DNA of 64,000 nt from Nitrospinales bacterium (lineage in GTDB: Bacteria; Nitrospinota; Nitrospinia; Nitrospinales; VA-1), in NCBI GenBank assembly GCA_965223345.1, contig CBDCWG010000012.1:2496001-2560000 (forward strand), read 5' to 3'. Each line of letters starts with the position of its first letter. The stretch's first letter is position 1. The position numbers were made by a program, and so were the translations under genes. Positions 47,836 through 58,469 of the stretch are shown in pieces. The notes under the pieces are model-generated. The model made no database searches. It saw nothing but the letters and a program-made list of their open reading frames with translations, and was not told the DNA's origin.

Positions 47836-49343
47836 GCGGCCATGTCCGAATGGCCCCCGTCTTCCAGGAAGGACTCGAGAAATTCCAGGGAAGCGCCGCC
47901 GCCGGTGGAGATGAAAAAATTGGAGGTGAAATAATTCCATAGAACATAACTGTCGTTTTCGACGAAACCTATGGTAAGCTGGTTGCGGTTGATGGTTGGA
48001 AGCAGCTGCTTTTCGATCTGTTTTTTGATCAGGTTTTTCAACTCGTTGATGCTCACCTTGTTGAGAATGGCCGCGGAGTCCCCCCCGCCAATCACCACGG
48101 AGAGGTTATCGTCAACCAGGGCGGTTGCGAAAAGCAGCTTCGCCAGCTCCAGAGAACCCTCGATGTAAGCGTTGGAAGCAGGGTGGTCGTAAGCCCCCAG
48201 CGGGCCGTTCCAGAACACATTTTCGACTCCCGGAGACAGGATGGTCTTGCTGAAGTTTTCGATGGTTTTGGGACCCAGATCCAACTGGAGTTCCGTGCTG
48301 AAATCCGGCAGGGTTTTGACTTCGTAGGTGGTGTTCATGAAGTCGCTGACAACCTTGTAATCTTCCGGAAACTGGATGAGAACGTTGTTTTTTTCCGCCA
48401 GATCCAGAATCTCCTCAGCAAGCCTGATTTCCCGCAGCAGATTCTGGTTGTCTTCCTCCTGTTTCGAACGCAGCTTCAGCGGGATGTCCTCCGGTCCGGA
48501 AAGGGTGTTCACATGGTCTTTCTGCACCAGAGCCAGCAGGAACGCGTTGACCATTTTGCCGCCGATCACGATGCATTTGACCCTGGTTTCAACAAACCGC
48601 TTCAACATGGAAATCTTGTCGCTGATTTTCGCTCCCCCGGCCACAACCACGCTTTTTCTCGGGTCTTTGAACACGCGTTGCCCGAAATTCCCCAGCGCCT
48701 GGACTTCCTCGTAGAGCAGGTTTCCGGCGATCACCGGTTTGCCCTGCTTGCGCATCAGATTGGGGAGCATTTTGATGCTTTTGGAGACCCGATGGCTGCA
48801 CCCGAAAGCGCAATTGATGTAAACGTCGGCGATGCGGGCGATTTCGTTGATGAATTCCTCCCGGTAGGTTTCCGGGTTTTTCGGCTCGAGCAGGTAGCGC
48901 AGGTTGGGAAGGAACTTGATCCCTCCCGTCGGCATGCGGTGGTGAAAGAAGATCTCCAGGGAATGCGTCAGGTGGGAATCGATGATCTCCGGAGGAAAAA
49001 TGGTGTAGGTGTCGCCGTAATTTTTACGGGTGAGCGTGTCAAAATGGGAACTGACGAACTGGATGTTGAAAATCCCGTCCCAGCCGACGTGGTCCTTGGT
49101 CTTGTGAGGGCGTCCCAGATGCGACCCGATGATGATCTTGCAGTCGCCGTCGGTGAGTTCGTGGATTTTTTTGAAGGTGGTGTCGAGAAACCGGCGGATC
49201 CGGGTGTCATCGGAAACGCGATAGTAGTCTTTTTTCGTGTGGATCAGCGGCACATTGAAATCGACCCGGATGAAAATGGTCTTGCCTTTCAGATCCGAGG
49301 CGGAGAGGGTGTCCAGAGAATCCATTCCAATTTGATTCACCAT
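47778..49343 (-). CDS. pgk: Phosphoglycerate kinase, enlarged and divergent
   Basis: RVDFNVP, SHLGRP, GGAKISDK, WNGPLG, GGGDSAA, ISTGGGASLEFLE; start may be 49325. Confidence 0.88.
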   Translation of the reverse strand: MVNQIGMDSLDTLSASDLKGKTIFIRVDFNVPLIHTKKDYYRVSDDTRIRRFLDTTFKKIHELTDGDCKIIIGSHLGRPHKTKDHVGWDGIFNIQFVSSHFDTLTRKNYGDTYTIFPPEIIDSHLTHSLEIFFHHRMPTGGIKFLPNLRYLLEPKNPETYREEFINEIARIADVYINCAFGCSHRVSKSIKMLPNLMRKQGKPVIAGNLLYEEVQALGNFGQRVFKDPRKSVVVAGGAKISDKISMLKRFVETRVKCIVIGGKMVNAFLLALVQKDHVNTLSGPEDIPLKLRSKQEEDNQNLLREIRLAEEILDLAEKNNVLIQFPEDYKVVSDFMNTTYEVKTLPDFSTELQLDLGPKTIENFSKTILSPGVENVFWNGPLGAYDHPASNAYIEGSLELAKLLFATALVDDNLSVVIGGGDSAAILNKVSINELKNLIKKQIEKQLLPTINRNQLTIGFVENDSYVLWNYFTSNFFISTGGGASLEFLESFLEDGGHSDMAAYLPGTSALMDLETETASE

Positions 49344-49583
49344 CGTGGGTTCCAATCGTCGAAAGCGGACAGAATAAAAGGGTTTTCGCCAAAATTCACA
49401 GCGTCGGAGCGTCAAAAAACCGCCGGAATCGGCGGGTGCGAATTTCGGGCAACTAATTGAATTTTAACAAATTAATTGAAAATCAACAACTTTTGTATTC
49501 ATGGGGATTTTAGTTTATTATAACAAATTATAAGGAATCGTGTCCTTTACAAGTGTTCCAAAAAAGGACCGGAAAGACCAAAA

Positions 49584-51542
49584 ATGTCAAAAAAAATCAT
49601 GTTGATCAATGCGGATCACCCGGAAGAATGCCGGGCGGTCCTGCTGGAAGACGGCAAAGTTGAGGATCTCATCGTCGAGCACGCCTCACACGAGCAGATC
49701 AAGGGCAATATCTACCTGGGAACCATCAATCGCGTCGAACCCGCCATCGAGGCGGCGTTCATGGATTTTGGCGGCAAGAAATTCGGTTTCCTGCCGTTCA
49801 AGGACGTACGCCGGGATTCGTATATCCAGACGGGAGAGAAAAAAGCCCGGGTGCGGATCCAGGATGTCCTGGTTCGCGGGCAAAAACTGCTCCTGCAGGT
49901 GGTGAAGGAGGGCCGGGACGCCAAAGGGCCGTCGCTGACCAACTGGATCAGCCTGCCGGGCCGCTTTCTGGTGCTGATGTGCGGCCAGGAGGCCAGCGCC
50001 ATCTCCCGCAAAATCGAGGACGAATCGGAGCGCAAGAAACTGAAGGAGATCATCTCCGATTTCGAGCTCCCGGAAAACACCGGGGTCATCATCCGCACGG
50101 CCGGGCTGGGCCGCACCAAGGCCGAACTGCAGAAAGACCTGCAGATGCTGCTGAAAATCTGGGAGACGATTCAGGAGACCATTGAAAAAGAGGGGGACAA
50201 CGCCCCGTTTCTGGTTTACAAGGAGCCGGACTTGGTGGTGCGCACGGTGCGCGACCATTTCACCACCGACACCTCCGAAATCGTCGTCGATACGGTCGAA
50301 GCCTACCGCGCCATCAAGGACTTCGTGAAACTGGTGATGCCCCGCCTGCAGCGTCGCGTCAAGCTGTACCAGGAAACCCAGCCCCTGTTCTCGCATTACA
50401 AGGTCGAAGAGCAGCTGGAATCGATCTACAACCGCAAGGTGCTTCTGCCTTCCGGCGGCTCGGTGGTGGTCGACATCGGCGAAGCCATGGTGTCGATCGA
50501 TGTCAACTCGGGAAAAACCACCAGCGCCAGCCAGCTGGAAGAGACCGCGACCAAAACCAATCTGGAAGCCGCCGACGAAATCGCCCGCCAGCTGCGCCTG
50601 CGCGACCTGGGCGGCCTGATCGTCATCGATTTCATCGACATGTTCCAGAAGAAGAACAAAACCCAGGTGGAAAAGCGCCTCAAGCTGGGCACCAAGAAGG
50701 ACAAGGCCCGCATCAACATCTCGCGCATTTCCAAATTCGGGTTGCTGGAGATGTCGCGTCAGCGGATGTCGCCGCCGGTGAAGGAAGGGGTTTACGAGGA
50801 ATGCTCGCAATGCCACGGTTCGGGCCATGTCAAATCCACAGGCTCCATGGTGCTGGGTGTGATCCGCAAAATCCGGGAAACCCTGGCCAAGGAAAAGGCC
50901 CGTCTCGTGGAAACGATGGTTTCCCCCGAGGTCTGCACCTACCTGCTCAATCACAAGCTGGATTTTCTCAAGGAACTGCAGGAGAAAAACCAGTTTGAGC
51001 TTCGCTTCGTCACCAAGCCGGGGCTTTGTTACGACGATTTCACCTATCAGGTGCTGGAACGAAAAGAGGCCGACGAAGCCCGAGTGAACGGAAAGGCCCG
51101 GGAAGCGCGCACCGGAGCGCAAGCGGAGCGGAGATCGGGTTCGCGAGCGGAAAAAGCCGACGATTCGGGCCGTGAGACCAAAGAGAAGGAAGAGCGCGGC
51201 AACGGCAAAAGCGAGTCGGACGGCGCCCGCGGACGCCGGGCCAAAACGTCTTCACGCGGCCGCAACACGCGGCGAAAGTCCTCCTCCACCAAACGGACTT
51301 CTTCGCGCACCTCTTCCGGGAACCGCAGGCCGCGCAGACGGTCCCCCCGGTCGGACAGCCCGGCCGCGGAAAACAAAGCGGCGGACGCCGAAACCGCCGG
51401 AGACAGCGCCGAAGCGCCCAAACCCGCGGCTGCGGAGGAAAGCTTCACCGTCGGCCCCACGCTGCCCATGGTGACGTCCCCGGAGGGCCCGGAGCCGGGC
51501 AACGAAGCGCCGCCGGCGTTCAACGAAGATCCGCTGCTATAG
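49584..51542 (+). CDS. rne: Ribonuclease E/G family
   Basis: GNIY S1 domain, IDVNSG, LRLRDLGGLIVIDFIDM, CxxC, Arg-rich disordered tail. Confidence 0.93.
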   Translation: MSKKIMLINADHPEECRAVLLEDGKVEDLIVEHASHEQIKGNIYLGTINRVEPAIEAAFMDFGGKKFGFLPFKDVRRDSYIQTGEKKARVRIQDVLVRGQKLLLQVVKEGRDAKGPSLTNWISLPGRFLVLMCGQEASAISRKIEDESERKKLKEIISDFELPENTGVIIRTAGLGRTKAELQKDLQMLLKIWETIQETIEKEGDNAPFLVYKEPDLVVRTVRDHFTTDTSEIVVDTVEAYRAIKDFVKLVMPRLQRRVKLYQETQPLFSHYKVEEQLESIYNRKVLLPSGGSVVVDIGEAMVSIDVNSGKTTSASQLEETATKTNLEAADEIARQLRLRDLGGLIVIDFIDMFQKKNKTQVEKRLKLGTKKDKARINISRISKFGLLEMSRQRMSPPVKEGVYEECSQCHGSGHVKSTGSMVLGVIRKIRETLAKEKARLVETMVSPEVCTYLLNHKLDFLKELQEKNQFELRFVTKPGLCYDDFTYQVLERKEADEARVNGKAREARTGAQAERRSGSRAEKADDSGRETKEKEERGNGKSESDGARGRRAKTSSRGRNTRRKSSSTKRTSSRTSSGNRRPRRRSPRSDSPAAENKAADAETAGDSAEAPKPAAAEESFTVGPTLPMVTSPEGPEPGNEAPPAFNEDPLL

Positions 51543-51557
51543 GTAGCCGGGGGTTTT

Positions 51558-52316
51558 TTATTTCGAGGCTTTTTCGGAGTCCCCGGCGGAGCGGGCGCAG
51601 CGGAAGCCGGTGTCCCAGAAGCGTTCCTTGGGCGGGACGTAGTTGCGGTAGGCGAGGGTGGCGAACTCCACCATGAAGCCATGCTCGCGCTTCTGGATCG
51701 TTCCTCCGCGGATCACCTTGAATTTCTTGCCGAAGTTTTCGTCCTCGTGCTCGGAGCCGGGGTAGGGCAGATACCAGCTCGCGGTCCATTCCGAAACGTT
51801 GCCGTTCATGTCGTGCAGGCCGAACGGGCTGACGTCTTTGGGAAACGATCCCACCGATTGCACGGTTTTACCGAAATTGGCCCAGTCGCGGTGAAACTCG
51901 TCGCCCCACACGAATTTGCGTTTGTCGCCGCCGCGCGCCGCTTTTTCCCACTCGAATTCCGTCGGCAGCCGTTTGCCGAGCCAGAGGCAGTAGGCGTCCG
52001 CTTCGTACCAGCTCACGCCGCGCATCGGCTCGTTGGGGTGGGAGATTTCGTATTGCGCCTTGGGTTTGAAACGCATGAAATCTTCGTAGGTGACTTCGAA
52101 TTTGTCGATGTAAAAGGCGTCGAGGTGGCGGGCCTGCTGCGGCTGGGCGTTTTTGCCGGCGGTCCGTTCGGACATGAAGGACGAAGGGGCGCCGGAGACG
52201 CTGCCCAGCTGGAACTCGCCTGCGGGGATGAGGATCATGTCCGCGGGTTCGCAGGCGAACAGGAACAGCAGGCAAACAGTGAGGGAGGCGGGTTTCAACA
52301 AGCGGCTCGCAGGCAA
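51558..52316 (-). CDS. FGE-sulfatase domain lipoprotein
   Basis: LFAC lipobox; EVT, RLPTEFEWEKAARG, DMNGNVSEW, GFRCA; TTG start approximate. Confidence 0.82.
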   Translation of the reverse strand: MPASRLLKPASLTVCLLFLFACEPADMILIPAGEFQLGSVSGAPSSFMSERTAGKNAQPQQARHLDAFYIDKFEVTYEDFMRFKPKAQYEISHPNEPMRGVSWYEADAYCLWLGKRLPTEFEWEKAARGGDKRKFVWGDEFHRDWANFGKTVQSVGSFPKDVSPFGLHDMNGNVSEWTASWYLPYPGSEHEDENFGKKFKVIRGGTIQKREHGFMVEFATLAYRNYVPPKERFWDTGFRCARSAGDSEKASK

Positions 52317-52321
52317 TCGTA

Positions 52322-53095
52322 TCAGGGTTCGTAAGAACTCGCCATCGGACCGGGGCGGGCGGACGTGTTTTCCACGGTGGCGTCGGTTTCGGGAGCCGGG
52401 GCGGGTTTGGCGGGCGGCGGCGGGAACGTGTTGCCCGGATAATCGCTTTTCACGTACTCCACCGTGAGGCAGGCGGCTTCTTCCCGCGTGCACATCATGG
52501 TGCGGCAATCCGTTTCGTCGTTCGAGCAGTAGTAATTGAGGATGCGCATCTTCACATGCTGGCCGCTCGACGTCTTGACGATGTACACGTTTTTCTTCGA
52601 TTCGATGTTGTGCGTGCGGGTCCGGTAGTTGTACCAGGCAGAGATCGCCTTGTTGATCTTTTTGCCGAACGACTTCGAATCCTGAACCCAGGGCTGGGCG
52701 GGCACGCTGCGCACGCTGTCGAAATCGACGGGACCCAGGTCCATCACGCTGACGCTGCCTGAGGGATTGGTGATGCCGCTGTTGGTGACGATCTTGGTGC
52801 GCTGGAATCCCAGATCCCATTTCAATCCCTTAAGCCGTTCCTGTTCTTCGTCGATGTCGCCGATCTTGACGGTATTTCCGGTCGCAAGGTCCAGCAGAGT
52901 CCAGGTTTCTTTCGACTTGGCGTCGATTTTCAGTGTGGGGTTCAGGCTCAGAACGGCGGGTTTGAGCTTTTTCGGCGGCAGCGGGACCGATTCGAAGTCC
53001 TCGATGTTCTCGTTCATGAAAGACAGGGCGCCGTGAAAGAGCAGGGTCGCCACGAGCAGGACACCGAAAATCTTGAGCGTGCTGTTGTTGTTCAT
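52322..53095 (-). CDS. HmuY-family heme-binding protein
   Basis: W..LDL..G, WDLGFQR..I.TNSG, WYNY....H, VYIVKT..G...KMRILNYY. Confidence 0.75.
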   Translation of the reverse strand: MNNNSTLKIFGVLLVATLLFHGALSFMNENIEDFESVPLPPKKLKPAVLSLNPTLKIDAKSKETWTLLDLATGNTVKIGDIDEEQERLKGLKWDLGFQRTKIVTNSGITNPSGSVSVMDLGPVDFDSVRSVPAQPWVQDSKSFGKKINKAISAWYNYRTRTHNIESKKNVYIVKTSSGQHVKMRILNYYCSNDETDCRTMMCTREEAACLTVEYVKSDYPGNTFPPPPAKPAPAPETDATVENTSARPGPMASSYEP

Positions 53096-53410
53096 GTTTC
53101 AATTTTAGCACATCCGCTCCGGTGGTAGGGGGATTGCTCGTGCGTATTCGGTGTCCTGCGATTGCGGCGTCGGGCCACTCATCGGACTGGTAAAAACTCA
53201 AAGCGCGGTCCGGCCGGGCGCGGGAAGCCTGCAAAAGCGGATTTTACTCCCGATTTCGGGGGGCTGAAAGTACTGCCAATAAAATCAATAATTTATATTT
53301 GAGATAGCGCATTTCCATCTTGGTGCGCCCTGCGGATTGTGTTAAATTAGTATAAAAATTTTATGCAAATTTTTTGATTTATAGGGTGCTGTCTGAATGC
53401 TGAAGGAACG

Positions 53411-54034
53411 ATGAAAGACCGGGAATTCGATTACAAAAAGGTGCAGATCGAGAACTATCTGAAAACGGCGTTTCAAAAGAAGTTTCGATCCAACGCACGC
53501 ATCTCCATCCGCAAACGTCAGAAGTTCATGGATGAGATGACCCGAAAAATCAGCAAAAAGTTCGGCAAGGACGTGTTGTGCCTGGTCGATTTTGCCAAAG
53601 GCGGGTTCACCACGCTGGTTTCCCCTTCACGCCAGGAATCGACGGAAAAGGGCAAACTGCATCAGTCGTTCACCCACCCGCAGGTGTTTTACACCGCCCA
53701 CTGCATCGACCGTTTCAGCGAGCGGACCCGCACCGAGGACAACTGCGTTCTCATTCTCGACACCCATATGCAGCAAGCGCTCCTGTCCTACGGGGAGCAC
53801 GAGGGGTTTTTGACCTGCCCGGAAGGGGTGTTTGCCTGCGAAATGGAAAACGACCGCCTCATCGTCAAGACTTTCATCAATTTTGAACTGCTTTCTGCCG
53901 ATCAGATAAAGAAATATTACGGTCCCGGCATGGTCTCGACGTTTCCGGAAGAATTCTTTTCCGAACAGGCCGGGGAAAGCGATTTCATCCTGGCGGACGA
54001 GTTCGCCGAATTCCCCGAAAAACCTCGAAACTGA
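53411..54034 (+). CDS. Hypothetical protein
   Basis: AAGGA RBS; host codon usage; T.HC.DRF.ER motif. Confidence 0.7.
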   Translation: MKDREFDYKKVQIENYLKTAFQKKFRSNARISIRKRQKFMDEMTRKISKKFGKDVLCLVDFAKGGFTTLVSPSRQESTEKGKLHQSFTHPQVFYTAHCIDRFSERTRTEDNCVLILDTHMQQALLSYGEHEGFLTCPEGVFACEMENDRLIVKTFINFELLSADQIKKYYGPGMVSTFPEEFFSEQAGESDFILADEFAEFPEKPRN

Positions 54035-54104
54035 TTCAGCCGGTATCTGTTTCAGGAGGCATCCTGGCGCCCCGCCACAACCTCAGAAGTAAACCCACTC
54101 ACCC

Positions 54105-54760
<656 letters not shown>

Positions 54761-54761
<1 letters not shown>

Positions 54762-55675
54762 TGTCCATTTCACAATTCGTCGCCAACTCCATCCGCAACA
54801 CGATCGCTAATATCCGCTCGCACCAGCAGGTGTTCTGGGTCTCGATCGTCACCATCACCATCGCGATTTCCATTCTCGGCTTGTTTCTGGTGATTTTCGT
54901 CAACCTGAATGCGTTTCTCGCCACCTGGAACCAGCAGGTGCAGCTCATCGTCTATCTCAAGGACGGCGTTCCCGCCGATGCGCGCAGCCAGCTGGAAAAT
55001 GTGATCGCGGACAACGAGGATGTGGAGTCGCACACCTTCATCCCCAGCGACGAAGCCTGGAAAAATTTCAAGACCACATTTTCGGGCAAATCCGGATTCG
55101 TGGCCAACCTGGATTTCAACCCGCTGCCCAGCTCTTACGAAGTGCGGTTCCGCGCTTCGGACGACCGGCTCGCCCGCATCCGTGATTTTGCCGACAAGCT
55201 CAAGGACATGGAGGGGGTGGAATCGCTGGAATACGGGGAAAAATGGCTGGGATCGTTCGAGAAGTTCATGGTCTTCATCCGCATCTTCCTGATGGCCGTC
55301 GGCGGGCTGCTGGCGCTGGGGCTGATCCTGATCGTGTCCAACACCATCAAGCTGTCCTATTATTCCCGGCAGGATGAGATCGAACTGATGCTGCTGATCG
55401 GTGCCACGCACCGCTATATCAAGATCCCGTTTCTGCTGGAGGGGATGCTGCAGGGGTTTCTGGGGGCGGTTCTGGCCCTCAGCCTGATCAAATCCCTGCA
55501 ACTGTACCTGAAGCTCGAGTTCCAGGGATCGCTGGAGACCATCGCGCGCGGTGTGGATTTTCAGTTTCTGTCGCGGCCGCTGGTGTTTTCCATTCTCGCC
55601 GCCAGCGTGTTCATTGGCTGGATGGGAAGCTATCTGTCCATCAAGCAGTTTTTGCAGGTCGAACTCAAGAAATGA
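54761..55675 (+). CDS. ftsX: Cell division permease FtsX
   Basis: 4 TM; NPLP; NTIKL...R..EIE.M.LIGAT..I..PF. Confidence 0.93.
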
Positions 55676-56859
55676 TCCGCTTGCCATTTAAAAATCGAAT
55701 CGCAGCCTGGGCGCTCGCGGCGCTGTTCGGTTTCACACCGGCGGTTGCGGCGGACAGCGGGTTGAAGGAGATCGAGAGACAACTGTCGCAGGAGGAAAAG
55801 GACCTCAAGCGGTTGCAGGCAAAGATCCGCAAGCAGGACAAGGCCATTTCCCAGGCCGGCGCCCGGGAAGACTCGGTGCTGAAAAAACTGCGGGGGATCG
55901 AAAACCAGCTGAAACTGCGCGAGCGGGAATTGAAGATCTATCAATGGAACAAAAAGATCAATGAGAAAAAAGTCGGCCTGCTGACCAAGAACATCCAGAC
56001 GACGGAAACGCAGCTGGAGCAGCAAAAGCGCATTCTGGGAAGGCGGCTTCGGGCCATCTACAAGGAAGGCAGCCTGTTTGCGGTCAAGGTGCTGTTTTCC
56101 GCGGAAAACTTCAACGACCTGCTGCAACGCATCAAATACCTGGAGATCATGACGGCGCACGACACGGATGTGTTCCACAAGTACGAGGAGCGGATGCGGC
56201 GGCTGGAGATCGAAAAAAGGGACATGGTCGAGGCGCGCGAGAAACTGGTGATGCTGGAGCGCAGCGCGCTGGACAAGCGCGAGGAAGTGCGGCAGCAGAA
56301 GGAGGAGAAATCCCGCTTTCTCGAGAAGCTGAAAAAGGAGAAAAAACTCAATATCCAGGTGCGCAAGGAGCTTCTGGGAGCGTCGGAAAACCTCAACACG
56401 CTGATCCAGGACCTGAAGGAAAAACTGGTGAAAGGGGAGGGGATCGACATCGCCGACCGCAAAGGCAGGCTGCCGCTGCCGCTGGACGGCAAATTTCTCA
56501 ATAAATTCGGTAAAAAAAAGGACAAGCAGTTCGACACCTATGTGCTGTATAACGGGGTGAATATCAAGGCCGAAAAGGGCACGGCGGTGCGGGCGGTGTT
56601 TGAAGGAAAAGTGCTTTTCGCCAATGAGTTGGAAGGATATGGTAACTTGATCATTGTGGGGCACGGCGAGGAATACCATTCCCTGTACGGGCACCTCGAC
56701 GAAATCATCGCGAAAGTGGGGAAATCCGTGCGCGCCGGGCAGATCATCGCCCGCTCCGGGGACACGGGCTCGCTGGTAGGGGAAACACTTTATTTTGAGT
56801 TGCGTCACAAGGGCAAACCCATCGATCCGGTGCGCTGGTTCAAGGTGGCGAAGCGGTAG
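55672..56859 (+). CDS. envC: Murein hydrolase activator EnvC (coiled coil + degenerate M23)
   Basis: Long coiled coil; GYGNLIIV.H, SLYGH, LYFELR. Confidence 0.88.
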   Translation: MIRLPFKNRIAAWALAALFGFTPAVAADSGLKEIERQLSQEEKDLKRLQAKIRKQDKAISQAGAREDSVLKKLRGIENQLKLRERELKIYQWNKKINEKKVGLLTKNIQTTETQLEQQKRILGRRLRAIYKEGSLFAVKVLFSAENFNDLLQRIKYLEIMTAHDTDVFHKYEERMRRLEIEKRDMVEAREKLVMLERSALDKREEVRQQKEEKSRFLEKLKKEKKLNIQVRKELLGASENLNTLIQDLKEKLVKGEGIDIADRKGRLPLPLDGKFLNKFGKKKDKQFDTYVLYNGVNIKAEKGTAVRAVFEGKVLFANELEGYGNLIIVGHGEEYHSLYGHLDEIIAKVGKSVRAGQIIARSGDTGSLVGETLYFELRHKGKPIDPVRWFKVAKR

Positions 56860-56960
56860 GCGGGCCCGCATCTTTCAATGCGTAATCGTTTGAATTGAGA
56901 TATAATCTAAAGTTAAGAATTTAAAACACTTTTTGGGGAGAGACCGATTTGACTTCCTTG

Positions 56961-58424
56961 ATGCCAGTACCGAACTGTATCGCGCGTCGTTTTTTATCCC
57001 GGTCCACCGGATGGTTGGGAGTGGTGGCGGCCTTGTTTTTCTTCGCTTTCGTTGCATCCGCCGGCGCGGCGGAAGAAAAGTCGAAGGGCACCGACACCTA
57101 TGAAAAACTGAAGATATTTTCGGAAATCCTTTCCCTGGTCGAAAGCAACTACGTCGAGGGGGTCGAGAGCGAGGAACTGATCGACGGCGCCATCCGCGGC
57201 ATGGTCAAGGCGCTGGATCCCCATACCAGTTATCTTCCGCCCAAATCCTACAAGGACATGCTGGTGGACACCTCCGGGAAATTCGGCGGGTTGGGAATCG
57301 AGATCAGCATGCGCAAAGGGGTTCTGACGGTGGTTTCCCCGATCGAGGACACGCCGGCGTTCAAGGCCGGGATCAAGGCCGGGGACAAGATCATCAAGAT
57401 CGAAGACGAGTCCACTCTGGACATGACGCTTTCGGATGCGGTCAGCCATCTGCGCGGCGAGACGGGGACGCCGGTGACGATCACCATCTTCCGGGAAACC
57501 CTGGATGCGCCGAAGGAATTCACCATCGTGCGCGACATCATCAAAGTGCGCAGCGTCGTCCACAAGCGCTACCGGGATGAAATCGGTTACATCAAGATCC
57601 GCAGCTTTTCCAAGTCCACCAGCTCGGATCTCGACAAGGCGCTCGACAAGCTGAACGATGAAGGCATCACCAAGCTGATCCTCGATGTCCGCAACAATCC
57701 CGGCGGGCTGCTCAATCAGGCGGTGGAAGTGACCGACCGGTTTCTCGACAAGGAAAACCTGATCGTCTACACCAAGGGCCGCAGCGAGGAGCAGAACATG
57801 CGGTTCACCACGCACGACAAGGTGAAACGGGTGTCCTACCCGATGGTGATCCTGGTCAACAGCGGCAGCGCCAGCGCCTCGGAAATCGTTGCGGGCGCGC
57901 TGCAGGACCTGGGCCGGGCGGTGATCCTGGGAACGCCGACGTTCGGCAAGGGCTCGGTGCAGACCATCATTCCGTTGAGCGACGGTTCGGCGTTGCGGCT
58001 CACCACCGCGCGTTACTACACGCCGAGCGGACGCGTCATTCAGGAAAATGGCATCGAGCCGGACATCATCGTGGAAATGCCGCTGGACCGGGAAGACGAT
58101 GACGAGGTGGACGAGGAGAGTAAAGACAGCAAGGAGAAACAAAAGCTGCGCCGCTTCCTGCGCGAGAAGGACCTCAAGAAACACCTGAAAGGCAAGAGCA
58201 GCATTGAGGACGGCGAGGATGACGAAGGCACAAATGAAGCCGATTCGCCGGACGAAGATGAAACGCAGGAAGCCGAAGCGGAAGCCAACGAGGAAGACCT
58301 CAAAAAAGACCCCCAGCTCATGCACGCGGTTTCCCTGCTTGCCGGCTGGGACGTCATGAAAAAAATGATGAAATCCGTGGACAAACAGCAGCAGGTGGGT
58401 AATCAGGTCAGCCTGATCAAATGA
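56961..58424 (+). CDS. ctpA: Carboxyl-terminal processing protease (S41)
   Basis: LDPHT, GLGI PDZ, D.RNNPGG, SASASEI, TFGKGSVQ. Confidence 0.92.
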   Translation: MPVPNCIARRFLSRSTGWLGVVAALFFFAFVASAGAAEEKSKGTDTYEKLKIFSEILSLVESNYVEGVESEELIDGAIRGMVKALDPHTSYLPPKSYKDMLVDTSGKFGGLGIEISMRKGVLTVVSPIEDTPAFKAGIKAGDKIIKIEDESTLDMTLSDAVSHLRGETGTPVTITIFRETLDAPKEFTIVRDIIKVRSVVHKRYRDEIGYIKIRSFSKSTSSDLDKALDKLNDEGITKLILDVRNNPGGLLNQAVEVTDRFLDKENLIVYTKGRSEEQNMRFTTHDKVKRVSYPMVILVNSGSASASEIVAGALQDLGRAVILGTPTFGKGSVQTIIPLSDGSALRLTTARYYTPSGRVIQENGIEPDIIVEMPLDREDDDEVDEESKDSKEKQKLRRFLREKDLKKHLKGKSSIEDGEDDEGTNEADSPDEDETQEAEAEANEEDLKKDPQLMHAVSLLAGWDVMKKMMKSVDKQQQVGNQVSLIK

Positions 58425-58469
58425 CCCGCAGTCCGGTTTGAACCCCACGATGCATTTTTTTGCAATACC

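Noticed and set aside
52317..52820. N-terminal extension of the FGE-sulfatase ORF
   Set aside because: It overlaps the HmuY-like gene in another frame and has non-protein-like composition.
53096..53330. Cobalamin riboswitch or Fur box upstream of the HmuY-like gene
   Set aside because: No B12-box motifs, and only a weak AT-rich resemblance to a Fur site.
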